This document shows, piece after piece, positions 35,046 through 43,970 of a DNA stretch of 46,112 nucleotides; the stretch's first letter is position 1; every line of letters starts with the position of its first letter. The notes beneath the pieces were generated by a model, which was given only the letters and a program-made list of their open reading frames with translations, was not told where the DNA came from and searched no databases. A program made the translations under genes and the position numbers. Source of the DNA: Leptolyngbya sp. SIO4C1. GTDB taxonomy: Bacteria; Cyanobacteriota; Cyanobacteriia; Phormidesmidales; Phormidesmidaceae. The stretch lies in contig JAAHIA010000007.1 of assembly GCA_010671975.1 (NCBI GenBank), forward strand, positions 1 through 46,112, in the 5' to 3' direction.

Positions 35046-35807
35046 CTATGCACTGGGTGGAAGCTGCTTGATCAATTCTGCTGCTGTTGGTAACAGAAAC
35101 TCACTCACATCAGCAGCTAATCCTAACCAGGAACCAAATTTCAGCATCAAGTTCAAGAACTTTTGAATAGGTGCAGGAGTTTCGCCATTGCTGTAGAGTC
35201 CATAGGTTTTAAGTACAGTAGCGCCAATGTTGGTCTCCACTACACGACGCAAGCCCTCACTGCCGTACACTGAGTAGTGATCGATTGCGTGGCAGATCTC
35301 CTCTAGGCGAACGCTCAGAAACGTTTTGATGTCGATATCTAAGTTACTGGCTCTTACCTCTTCAAGTAGAGACGAGGTAGCATCGAGTAATTCGGCGAGC
35401 TGGCTTTCTTCCAGCGTCATCAACTGGCCTTGAACATCAATAGCATTCGCCGTTATTTCCAGCATATCCATTATGGCAGGGTTATTCAACCCGTTACCTA
35501 GATTTGCCCATTTGCCTCCAAAGAAACCGTGAGACTGAATCTGATTGCTAATGTGATCTAGTGGACGTAGGTATGGCTCCTTTCGCACAGATTGCAAGCG
35601 CTCGATGGCCTCCCGCGAGCACTTCAGTAGAAAGAGAAACTCTTCGGCGTAGCTCAGCAATTCTGTTTTCTGGTTCACATGAACCCCGAAAACCTGAGAC
35701 CAGACAACGTTACATGATACGCTTTGCTTGTTATCCTGCTTGTCTGCCACATCAAAGGCTTTTGTCAGCAGACTGTGTAAGCGCCGAGCGGGATTATCGT
35801 ATGCCAT
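35046..35807 (-). CDS. Hypothetical protein.
   Basis: A 253-aa ORF. No family recognised. Confidence 0.4.
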   Translation of the reverse strand: MAYDNPARRLHSLLTKAFDVADKQDNKQSVSCNVVWSQVFGVHVNQKTELLSYAEEFLFLLKCSREAIERLQSVRKEPYLRPLDHISNQIQSHGFFGGKWANLGNGLNNPAIMDMLEITANAIDVQGQLMTLEESQLAELLDATSSLLEEVRASNLDIDIKTFLSVRLEEICHAIDHYSVYGSEGLRRVVETNIGATVLKTYGLYSNGETPAPIQKFLNLMLKFGSWLGLAADVSEFLLPTAAELIKQLPPSA

Positions 35808-35851
35808 AGGTGATTCAGGGTTAGAACAATCGTTCTAATCTATCGAAAACT

Positions 35852-36238
35852 TTAGAACCCGTCTACATCAGTCTGGGAAAAATCATCGCCTTTGAACAAC
35901 AGCGGCTGTCTAGTCACCTTTGCCAATGCATAAGAACAGCAATCGCCCATGTTCAACCGGGCGGGATGATGCCCTTTGCCGTAAGTGAAATAGGCGGTTT
36001 TAGCGGCCTCAGCCTGAGCTTGACTGAAGGGAATCACGGCGATCGCATGGGTCCGAATGAGCGCGTCTAGCTGCTCGCGCCCGGTAGCCCCGTACCGACT
36101 GCCAATCACGATAGCGCTTTCGAGATAGGACACAGCAGACATGAGTCGATAGCGGTCTGCTGCTATCAGCTCAGCAAACAGTTTCGCCTCGTCTTCCTTT
36201 TGCAGAATGGCAATCACCGCCGAGGTATCAATCACCAT
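35852..36238 (-). CDS. vapC: PIN-domain toxin (VapC-like).
   Basis: MVIDTSAVIAILQKEDEA..., with acidic residues spaced as in PIN domains. The start is taken at the internal Met, 4 nt after the upstream stop. Confidence 0.7.
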   Translation of the reverse strand: MVIDTSAVIAILQKEDEAKLFAELIAADRYRLMSAVSYLESAIVIGSRYGATGREQLDALIRTHAIAVIPFSQAQAEAAKTAYFTYGKGHHPARLNMGDCCSYALAKVTRQPLLFKGDDFSQTDVDGF

Positions 36239-36242
36239 CTGC

Positions 36243-36524
36243 TTACTCGGGCAGACCAATAGCGTTGTATCCCAAGATCTCGTCCGCGCTGCGGTCGTCA
36301 AGCACGGGCAGGCTGGAGCAGGCATCGCTGATGGCCATGATGCTAGCAGCGACGTCTGGCCCTACCGTAGAGGCTGTATATTGCTCCAGATCGAACTCTG
36401 CGGGGCTAGCTGGGTCAGCCGGGAAGGATACCGTGACAGTCACGTCCTGATCGGCAACCTGATCTAGACCTTCTATATGCAAGACCCCGTTGGGGCCAAC
36501 ATGCGTTTTGAAACTGAGATTCAT
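36243..36524 (-). CDS. Putative antitoxin of the PIN toxin.
   Basis: A 93-aa ORF immediately upstream of the PIN gene, with the C-terminus DEILGYNAIGLPE. Confidence 0.5.
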   Translation of the reverse strand: MNLSFKTHVGPNGVLHIEGLDQVADQDVTVTVSFPADPASPAEFDLEQYTASTVGPDVAASIMAISDACSSLPVLDDRSADEILGYNAIGLPE

Positions 36525-36552
36525 GAGCCCACTCTACAGCGCACCTCATTGA

Positions 36553-37617
36553 TTATCTCTTATGGAATGCTGCACCATCAGACCGTACAATCCGAGCGCT
36601 CAAGGTGCCGGTGGCATACTGGTCACGCAGCTGAAGCAAGGCCAGCTCTAGCGGGTGATACGCCATCGTCACAGTGCTGTCGCTCAACGCAGCTGTTTGC
36701 ATCTGACGACCGCTGACCGGGATAGTCACCTCTTCTGGAAAGTCCACAGTGATGGAACCGCTTAGATAAATATCAGCATCGGGATAAAGCGCCTGCAGCT
36801 GCTGCAAAGGAGCGATCGCATCTTGATCATCGAAGGTCAGCGTTTGCGTTTCTGTCTGCACCGGTGCACCGATCTCGGTCTTGAGCTGGTCAACCAAAAT
36901 CTGCTCACCTGTCTGATAGATGCCGTCACCATCGGTCACGATGAACTCGTCACCTGCGGCATCCAAGATCAAGTAGCGCCCATCTGCACGAGTGCGATCG
37001 CTCGCCCATACGCCTTGAATATTCGCATAGACCTGATTCGTTGCAGCTGCCTGATTGTAGGTTTGCAGAGCAGTATTACGCAGGCCCAGATTTTGACCGA
37101 CTGACTGAGTGATACCGCCGCTGCCCGCCAGCCAAATGCCACCCAGCAGCAGTGCGATCGCAGTCGCCAGCACCCAATATTCACCCGGCCCACCTGTGCG
37201 CAGTCGGCGGCGCGGGTTGCTTACCGACACGCACCAGGCAGGCTCAGGCCAAAACAGCTGCACCCCTTGCTTGGTAAAGCAGTCGCTGAATGAAGCCAGC
37301 GCGTGACCCAATGGCAGCGCCGCCGCCGTTTTGACAGCCCCCAGGGCAGCGCCCAGCGGTAGCACCACGGCCGCAATAGCCGCCGTCGCCAGCAGCGAGT
37401 GCGTGACGCTGCGATGGGGAAAGCGGTCCTCAAGCCAGCTCGATAAGGGAAAACAGACCTGACCGACGATGCTGGTCGTGGTATCGAGGTCGGGCAGCTG
37501 CGAGGCCAGCACCGCTAACGCGAGCGGCAGCGGGTCAGCCGTGCCCAGGATGAGGGAGACGCCTGCAGTTGCGATACAGGCGTGGGTAATGGCCATCATG
37601 ACGGAGAAACCAAGCAC
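36553..37617 (-). CDS. Membrane-bound metal-dependent hydrolase-like (YdjM/DUF457-like) protein with a C-terminal extension.
   Basis: The N-terminus is multi-pass and hydrophobic with conserved His/Asp (MAITHACIATAG..., LPDLD, HRSVTHS). Confidence 0.45.
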   Translation of the reverse strand: MLGFSVMMAITHACIATAGVSLILGTADPLPLALAVLASQLPDLDTTTSIVGQVCFPLSSWLEDRFPHRSVTHSLLATAAIAAVVLPLGAALGAVKTAAALPLGHALASFSDCFTKQGVQLFWPEPAWCVSVSNPRRRLRTGGPGEYWVLATAIALLLGGIWLAGSGGITQSVGQNLGLRNTALQTYNQAAATNQVYANIQGVWASDRTRADGRYLILDAAGDEFIVTDGDGIYQTGEQILVDQLKTEIGAPVQTETQTLTFDDQDAIAPLQQLQALYPDADIYLSGSITVDFPEEVTIPVSGRQMQTAALSDSTVTMAYHPLELALLQLRDQYATGTLSARIVRSDGAAFHKR

Positions 37618-37656
37618 TGAAGCTAGCGTTCCCCTGCAAACAGGAGCACAAGACCG

Positions 37657-38040
37657 TCAACCTAGCGCTGTCTTGGCTTCCTCAATCACTGCGATCAAGT
37701 CCGGCCTATCGCCCCCCGTCACCCCGTCTGGCAAATGCTTGTGATGCGGAAACCCTGGCAAGCCAGGAAAATGAGGCGTGCTGTCGTAGCGAAAGAGCAG
37801 CTGATTTTGGTCGTCTTGACAGTGATATCGATAGTCCAACCAAGTCAGCTCGTTCACTGCGATGACGATTGCCTCGTTAATTTCCAGCAAATGCCCACGC
37901 TCAAACCGAATCCGAATCCGCAGGTTGGCTCGCTCTGGCGTCAAGATTTCTTCGATATAGCGCTCGACGTAGGCCCCTTCGCAGCTAGCAACAGCCTGCT
38001 CCACCCGGCTCAGGTAGTTCGCCAGCAGCCTATGCCGCAC
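37657..38040 (-). CDS. TumE/DUF6516-like toxin-antitoxin component (putative).
   Basis: LLFRYDSTPHFPGLPGFPHHKH matches my recollection of the DUF6516 signature. Confidence 0.45.
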   Translation of the reverse strand: MRHRLLANYLSRVEQAVASCEGAYVERYIEEILTPERANLRIRIRFERGHLLEINEAIVIAVNELTWLDYRYHCQDDQNQLLFRYDSTPHFPGLPGFPHHKHLPDGVTGGDRPDLIAVIEEAKTALG

Positions 38041-38260
38041 GATACAGCTGTTCCTCCAGCGCCTTGCGAATCTCTAGATAGTGGCGATAGTCGTTAGCCC
38101 ATTCCACCAGGGCAACGTCGTCCGATAGCTGCCCCTGCTGGTACTGGTTAAAGAATTCCTCAGACTCCATGCCCTGACGAGACTCATAGAGGCTTAAGCG
38201 CTTGGCGACTGCGACCAGGGCATCAAGCGGTGACGTGTATTCAATCGTCTGTTTACGCAT
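38030..38260 (-). CDS. Small partner protein of the TumE-like gene.
   Basis: A 76-aa ORF overlapping the downstream gene by 11 nt. Confidence 0.4.
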   Translation of the reverse strand: MRKQTIEYTSPLDALVAVAKRLSLYESRQGMESEEFFNQYQQGQLSDDVALVEWANDYRHYLEIRKALEEQLYRAA

Positions 38261-38334
38261 AGAATCCTCTTAGCAATGCTCACGCTTAACTCAACCATAC
38301 CGGCTGATTAGGCCCTTAGGCTTTCTGATAATCC

Positions 38335-38601
38335 ATGATTGATGATGCTATTGCCTCAGCGCCAGCAGCCCTGCCCTCGGACCTGATATCTGCCAGCTAC
38401 GATGCAGAGACACAGCAGATAGTGGTGAGATTCAGAGATGGCAAAGCTGCTCGCGTCTCGATCTCAGAGTTTGAAGAGCTGGCCGAAGCGACCGCTGCCG
38501 ACTACGAGCTGCTTGACGGTACCCGTGCAGGCGTCACCTGCATTACCGACAATATTGACTTTGCTGTAGCAGCAGCCTGGTGGCGCGAACAGGCTGAGTA
38601 A
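38335..38601 (+). CDS. Small hypothetical protein (DUF2442-like?).
   Basis: An 88-aa ORF with only weak resemblance. Confidence 0.3.
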   Translation: MIDDAIASAPAALPSDLISASYDAETQQIVVRFRDGKAARVSISEFEELAEATAADYELLDGTRAGVTCITDNIDFAVAAAWWREQAE

Positions 38602-38660
38602 TGCTCATCTCGATATGATGCCGCCGAAGGTTGCGATCGCAGCATGGGGGATGGCCATCA

Positions 38661-39691
38661 TATAGCTATTTTAGAGCGGATGAGGTACACATAGGTAGTG
38701 TTTCGCATGCTCCTTGCACCAGCCGATGAAGCCCTACTCGCTGGACCTCAGACAGAAAATCGTTGACGCCTACGACCGAGGTGATATCTCCCAGCGTCAG
38801 CTGGCTCAGCAGTTCAACGTCGCCAAAAGCTTCGTTCAAAAACTGCTCAAGCAGCGCCGCGAAACTGGCTCGATTGCTCCTAAGCTTCGCACACAGCAAA
38901 CACCGCCAAAGCTGAACGCTGAGCACCGAGCGGTACTGGCAGAACTGGTTGAGAGCCAAAACGATGCCACGCTAGAGGAACTGCGAGCGCGTCTGCATGC
39001 TCGAACCGGTATCTTGGTGAGCGTCGCAACCGTTCACAACACCTTGAAACGCATGCGGTTAAGCGTCAAAAAAAACGCTACATCCGGATGCCAAAGCGAC
39101 TGACAGAGTTCAGCAGGCGCGAGTCGAGTTCTGGCAAATGGTTCGAAGCCTGTTGGCAAAAGACTTAGTCTTTATCGATGAATCGGGGGTGAACTTAGCG
39201 ATGATGCGTCTTCAGGCACGGTCTTTGAAGGGCACCAGGGCTCATGGCAGTAGACCCAACAAACGCGGGAAAAATGTATCGATTATTGGGGCGCTGAGTC
39301 TGAGGGGTGTGGTTGCAAGCTATGGCTTAATAGGCGCAACTGATGGACTGACCTTCGAAGCCTTCATCTCTCAGAAGTTAGTGCCCAAGCTATGGAAAGG
39401 CGCTTGCGTACTGATGGATAATTGCTCTGTGCATCTGGGTGAGACCGTGCGTGAGCTGATTGAAGCCGTGGGGGCTCGGCTGATCTATCTACCGCCATAC
39501 TCGCCTGATTTTTCACCCATCGAGAATTGCTGGTCCAAACTCAAGAGCATTCTAAGGACGATTGGAGCCAGAACTTACCCTGACTTGGCTATAGCTATCG
39601 AGAAGGCTTTTGCTCAAGTCTCGCTTGATGATATTCAGGCCTGGTTCACACACTGCTGTTACTGTGCCTCACCAGACTAAAAACCGCTATA
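38661..39691 (+). mobile_element. IS630-family insertion sequence.
   Basis: The terminal repeats are TATAGCTATTTTAG on the left and the reverse complement of the right end, TATAGCGGTTTTTAG. Both ends carry TA. The transposase lies inside. Confidence 0.7.
38726..39680 (+). CDS. IS630-family transposase in two frames joined at an A8 slippery run.
   Basis: Frame 1 is MKPYSLDLRQKIVDAY...RMRLSVKK. A -1 shift at A8 (39068..39075) continues as TLHPDAKATDRVQQARVEFW...VFIDESG...YLPPYSPDFSPIENCWSKLK (DDE). Confidence 0.75.
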
Positions 39692-40646
39692 CTGACATCT
39701 CTCCATCCCTGTTCGCGGCTGATGTAGATAGCTGGTTATCCGGATGGAGAGATGAGCCACTTCGATAAGGCACTAGCCCTGAAGGAACAACAGCAGAGGC
39801 AAGACCCAAATGAACTTCCTGATCATCGAAAAATATCTGGGCTCCATATGCTTTGAGGATTTTGTCCTTGGAAACACCTCCGAGAAAAAAGGCTGCATCA
39901 ACTCTTACTCCCCATGATCGAAGCGTTTTGATAACTCGCTCATGAGCTGGACTGTTACGTGCGGTGACAATCGCAATTCTAACTGGGGCATCTTCAGGCT
40001 CAAACCCTTGTTGCATAAGACTTAGAGTTTTCAGCAATTTAGCAAACGGACCTTCTTGAAGAGGCTTATCTGCGTTTCGTCGTTCATTCTCGTAGAAAGC
40101 TTCTAGACCTTTGTCTCTATAGATCGCTTCAGACTCTTCTGAAAAAACAACTGCGTCTGCATCAAATGCAATCCGCACCTTGCCTATCTCAACAGCACTA
40201 TCATCAGGAGGATTGTAAAGCATTGCAGCAGCAATACCTGTATCAATAGCAGCTTGTACATCTGCCTTGGACTTAGACAAAAAGAGATCGACACTAAACC
40301 CTTCTAGGTATGGAGCTAAGGACTCACCGCCAGCCAGAGCAGCTCTTGTGATGTCTAGACCGTAGTGCTCAATAGAGTTAAAGATACGAAGTCCTGTATC
40401 AGGACTATTTCTTGACATAACAATGACCTCGACTAGCCTTTCTTTCTTGTGCTCGTTGAGAGCAAGAAATCCCTTAACTAAAGGGAAGGCCGTTCCAGGT
40501 TTCAAAACGTCATTTTCATGTTCTAGTTGGTGCTGAATATACTCCTCCAGGCCTTTTTCTCTGAAAATCTGGTTTTCCTGCTCTAGATCGAAAAGCGCAC
40601 GAGAAGAGATACCAATAACAAGCAACCGTGATAAATCGTGAGGCAT
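39687..40646 (-). CDS. 5'-nucleotidase-family protein (cN-IA-like, putative).
   Basis: 319 aa. VIGISSRALFDLEQEN..., RIAFDADAVVFS and IVTARNSPAHERVIKTLRSWGV...FFDDQ resemble the pfam06189-type 5'-nucleotidase as I recall it. Confidence 0.5.
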   Translation of the reverse strand: MPHDLSRLLVIGISSRALFDLEQENQIFREKGLEEYIQHQLEHENDVLKPGTAFPLVKGFLALNEHKKERLVEVIVMSRNSPDTGLRIFNSIEHYGLDITRAALAGGESLAPYLEGFSVDLFLSKSKADVQAAIDTGIAAAMLYNPPDDSAVEIGKVRIAFDADAVVFSEESEAIYRDKGLEAFYENERRNADKPLQEGPFAKLLKTLSLMQQGFEPEDAPVRIAIVTARNSPAHERVIKTLRSWGVRVDAAFFLGGVSKDKILKAYGAQIFFDDQEVHLGLASAVVPSGLVPYRSGSSLHPDNQLSTSAANRDGEMSV

Positions 40647-40691
40647 GGTTTACTATCTGTCACTACACGCTAATTATGAAGGCTGCCCATT

Positions 40692-41546
40692 TCACTGCCC
40701 CAACCGCTTCCTGGCCCCTCGCACCTGCCCCAACTGCTTCAGCATCATCCCAGCCACCAGCGACACGCCACCAAAGATATACAGCGCCTGGTTGCCGGTC
40801 CCGAGCCCAACAAACCGCACCACCGCAAACGAAAACAGCGCCGCGATAATTACCGGCATGATCACCACGTACTGCGTATGCTGCGGATTGCTCTGCCGAT
40901 TGAGCCCCAGCCGCTCGTTACGAATCACCTTGCGGGCCAGCATCGGGTTGCGCCCGGCCAGCGGCTGCAGTGCCGCCAGCCGGGACTGATCGAGCAGCAG
41001 CCCCTGACGCTGCGCCTCAGACGCCATCACCTCACGAATCATCCTGTCGCTCGGCAGCGTCAGCTCGATTTCCAGCATGTCGAGGAAGATATCCCTGCCA
41101 GGGTTGACGGCGGCGAAGCACACCACCCGCACGCCAGACACCATCAGGTCTTCGAGCCAGTAGCGAATGCCGGTCGTTAGCCGCTTCGCCTCGGGCAGCA
41201 CCAGCAGCGTGCGATCGCCCACGTTATCGGCAATCTCATCCTTGAGCTGATCCATCGTTAGCGGCTTCTCGCCAATCGCCTCGCCGTCTTTGTCGTACTT
41301 GGTTTCGACGGTGGGGATATCTAGCTGCTCGGCCAGGACGGCGAAGAAACGTTTGCCGCTGCCTTTGTAGGTGGCCACTGCCACCGATAGCTCAGATTCG
41401 AACTGCTGCGCCACCTGCAGCGGCAGGTCACCGATCATGCCAGCCTCGCCCAGCACCAGCACCGGGCTACCCTGATCGACCGCCTGACAGATTAGCTCAA
41501 ACTCAGGAGACGCTATGCGGCGGACACCTGCTGGCGCTGGCGACAC
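40692..41546 (-). CDS. Degenerate P-loop-like protein with a C-terminal membrane anchor.
   Basis: VLVLGEAGMIGD sits where a Walker A would be but lacks the Lys. LLVLPEA is Walker-B-like. The C-terminal helices are YVVIMPVIIAALFSFAVV and ALYIFGGVSLVAGMM. Confidence 0.35.
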   Translation of the reverse strand: MSPAPAGVRRIASPEFELICQAVDQGSPVLVLGEAGMIGDLPLQVAQQFESELSVAVATYKGSGKRFFAVLAEQLDIPTVETKYDKDGEAIGEKPLTMDQLKDEIADNVGDRTLLVLPEAKRLTTGIRYWLEDLMVSGVRVVCFAAVNPGRDIFLDMLEIELTLPSDRMIREVMASEAQRQGLLLDQSRLAALQPLAGRNPMLARKVIRNERLGLNRQSNPQHTQYVVIMPVIIAALFSFAVVRFVGLGTGNQALYIFGGVSLVAGMMLKQLGQVRGARKRLGQ

Positions 41547-42073
41547 TGGCTCAGCAGGTCGGCCGCGAGGGTCTGAGCATTGAACTTTGGGGCGGTGGCC
41601 GCCCGCACCTGGTCAACTTTGCCCCTCGCCTCAGGATGCAGATCTTCGTAGTTCATCTGTGAGGCCATCGCCAGCACCAGCTGCTCGCCAGCCGTCAAAC
41701 GCTGCGCTGCAATCTCAGACGCCTCGCGATAAATGTTTTCTAGATCTAGCCCCTGTGTCGGGTCTGCTGCTGCTGGCAGCGGCTCAGCCGCCTCTAGCTC
41801 ACCGGCATCAGACTTGACCAAAGCCGACGGCTCGAAGTGGCTAACCTCGAATTCCTCAATTTTGCCCCCGGCCAAGACATGCTGCCGCAGCTGCCGCACA
41901 CAATTTGCCTGCTCTGGTTCGAGGTATGCCTTACCATTTGAATCCTTACTTGCCTTGATGCCCAACTGCTTTAGATAGGCATAGTAAGCGTCCTTTTTTA
42001 TACCTAGCTCCTCCTGCAGCTGCTCTGGCCGAATCTGGTGCTCGATAGCCGAATTCTGGTTGGTCATGCTCAA
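41513..42073 (-). CDS. HTH-domain protein.
   Basis: 186 aa. LQEELGIKKDAYYAYLKQLGI...NGKAYL resembles the N-terminus of the ORF at 19269..19817. It overlaps the downstream gene by 34 nt. Confidence 0.4.
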   Translation of the reverse strand: MSMTNQNSAIEHQIRPEQLQEELGIKKDAYYAYLKQLGIKASKDSNGKAYLEPEQANCVRQLRQHVLAGGKIEEFEVSHFEPSALVKSDAGELEAAEPLPAAADPTQGLDLENIYREASEIAAQRLTAGEQLVLAMASQMNYEDLHPEARGKVDQVRAATAPKFNAQTLAADLLSQCRQRQQVSAA

Positions 42074-42616
42074 AATTTTTTAAACCCTGTACCCATATAA
42101 TGAAAACGCCAGGTAAAAAAAGACACCGGGTTTCGCCCGAATTCTGGTGAAGCTTCTGTAAAGTCAGAATCTGCGATCGCTCATTTGGATAATGATTTTT
42201 TAACTTTGAGCTAACAGCAACCGACGCGAAAGGTGCCCAGCAGAATTGCATCGGCTCGGGTGGGGGTTAGTAGTAGCCAAAAGCCAAATACCCTCCCCAG
42301 CAGTGCTAGGAAGGGAAGTCGCGATCGCATTAGCTGGTGTTGACATCGGCGCAGGCCCGCAGCTGGCCACCAACCTGATTGCCCTGAACCGTCTCAGCGA
42401 AACCACCGGCAAACTGAGGCAGCAGGGCTAGCTATTATTTTTTATAAAGAGCAAAATAGCAAAAGGGTAGAGGGGAATAGCACTGACATAAGCCGAATCA
42501 AGCTGCCAGCCTAGCTTTGAGAACTGAGCGAGGCTGCTGCATTCTGGGAAAAGGCTTAGGTCTGAGGGTTTCGTGAGTAGCAGATACCGTTCTTGTTGCT
42601 CAACTTGGCTTAACCC

Positions 42617-42663
42617 AACGCTGCTTTATGCATACCCTTAAAGGGTATGCATAAAGCAGCGTT
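42617..42663. repeat. 47-bp near-perfect palindrome.
   Basis: AACGCTGCTTTATGCATACCCTT-A-AAGGGTATGCATAAAGCAGCGTT has 23-nt arms. It lies about 100 nt downstream of the target-3 stop. Confidence 0.8.
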
Positions 42664-42762
42664 CGTAGGCTATTGCGACAGCTATCGATTTGTTTGAACG
42701 ACACCAGTCAAATTTCACTACCGCCAATATAGTTTACTTGTACTATCAAACGATCCGCTAAA

Positions 42763-42788
42763 GGGATAGAGGGCAAAAGGGCAAAGGG
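42763..42788 (+). other. Conserved four-G-tract motif directly 3' of the target-3 stop codon.
   Basis: GGGATAGAGGGCAAAAGGGCAAAGGG. Confidence 0.7.
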
Positions 42789-43664
<876 letters not shown>

Positions 43665-43831
43665 ACATCAGCAGATAGGGGGGTGGGTTGAGCAATCGTT
43701 CAGCTGAGCTTACCAGGCTACTCAACCCTGTTTTCTATTTGGATGCTGTCACCAGCATCACCGGAGCTAAGCTGGACTCCCCTTCGCACGCCCGACAGAT
43801 TCCCATCTGCCAGCTCTGGCCCAGAAGAGTA

Positions 43832-43951
43832 CTCGCGAGCCCGCACACCACCCGAAAACCGGTGTTGTTGTTCCTGTTGTCGGGCGCGTTCCTGTTGCGG
43901 TTCGCCGACCGGCAGTTCTCAGGATTGTTGTTCCAGGAACCGCCCCGCAGT
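43832..43951 (-). repeat. DGR template repeat (TR).
   Basis: It lies 20 nt downstream of the RT stop. The sense strand encodes an Asn(AAC)-rich version of the VR peptide ([37 protein letters not shown]). There are 29 sense-strand adenines by my count. Confidence 0.9.
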
Positions 43952-43970
43952 CGGGTTGCCCGCCCCGTCT

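Noticed and set aside
38666-38959. A 97-aa minus-strand ORF inside IS630.
   Set aside because: It is antisense to the clearly recognisable IS630 transposase N-terminal HTH region.
43742-43759. The GATGCTG-TCAC-CAGCATC hairpin about 75 nt 3' of the TR, considered as a DGR RNA element or terminator.
   Set aside because: The stem is only 7 bp, there is no U-tract, and I have no comparative support. It is noted but not called.
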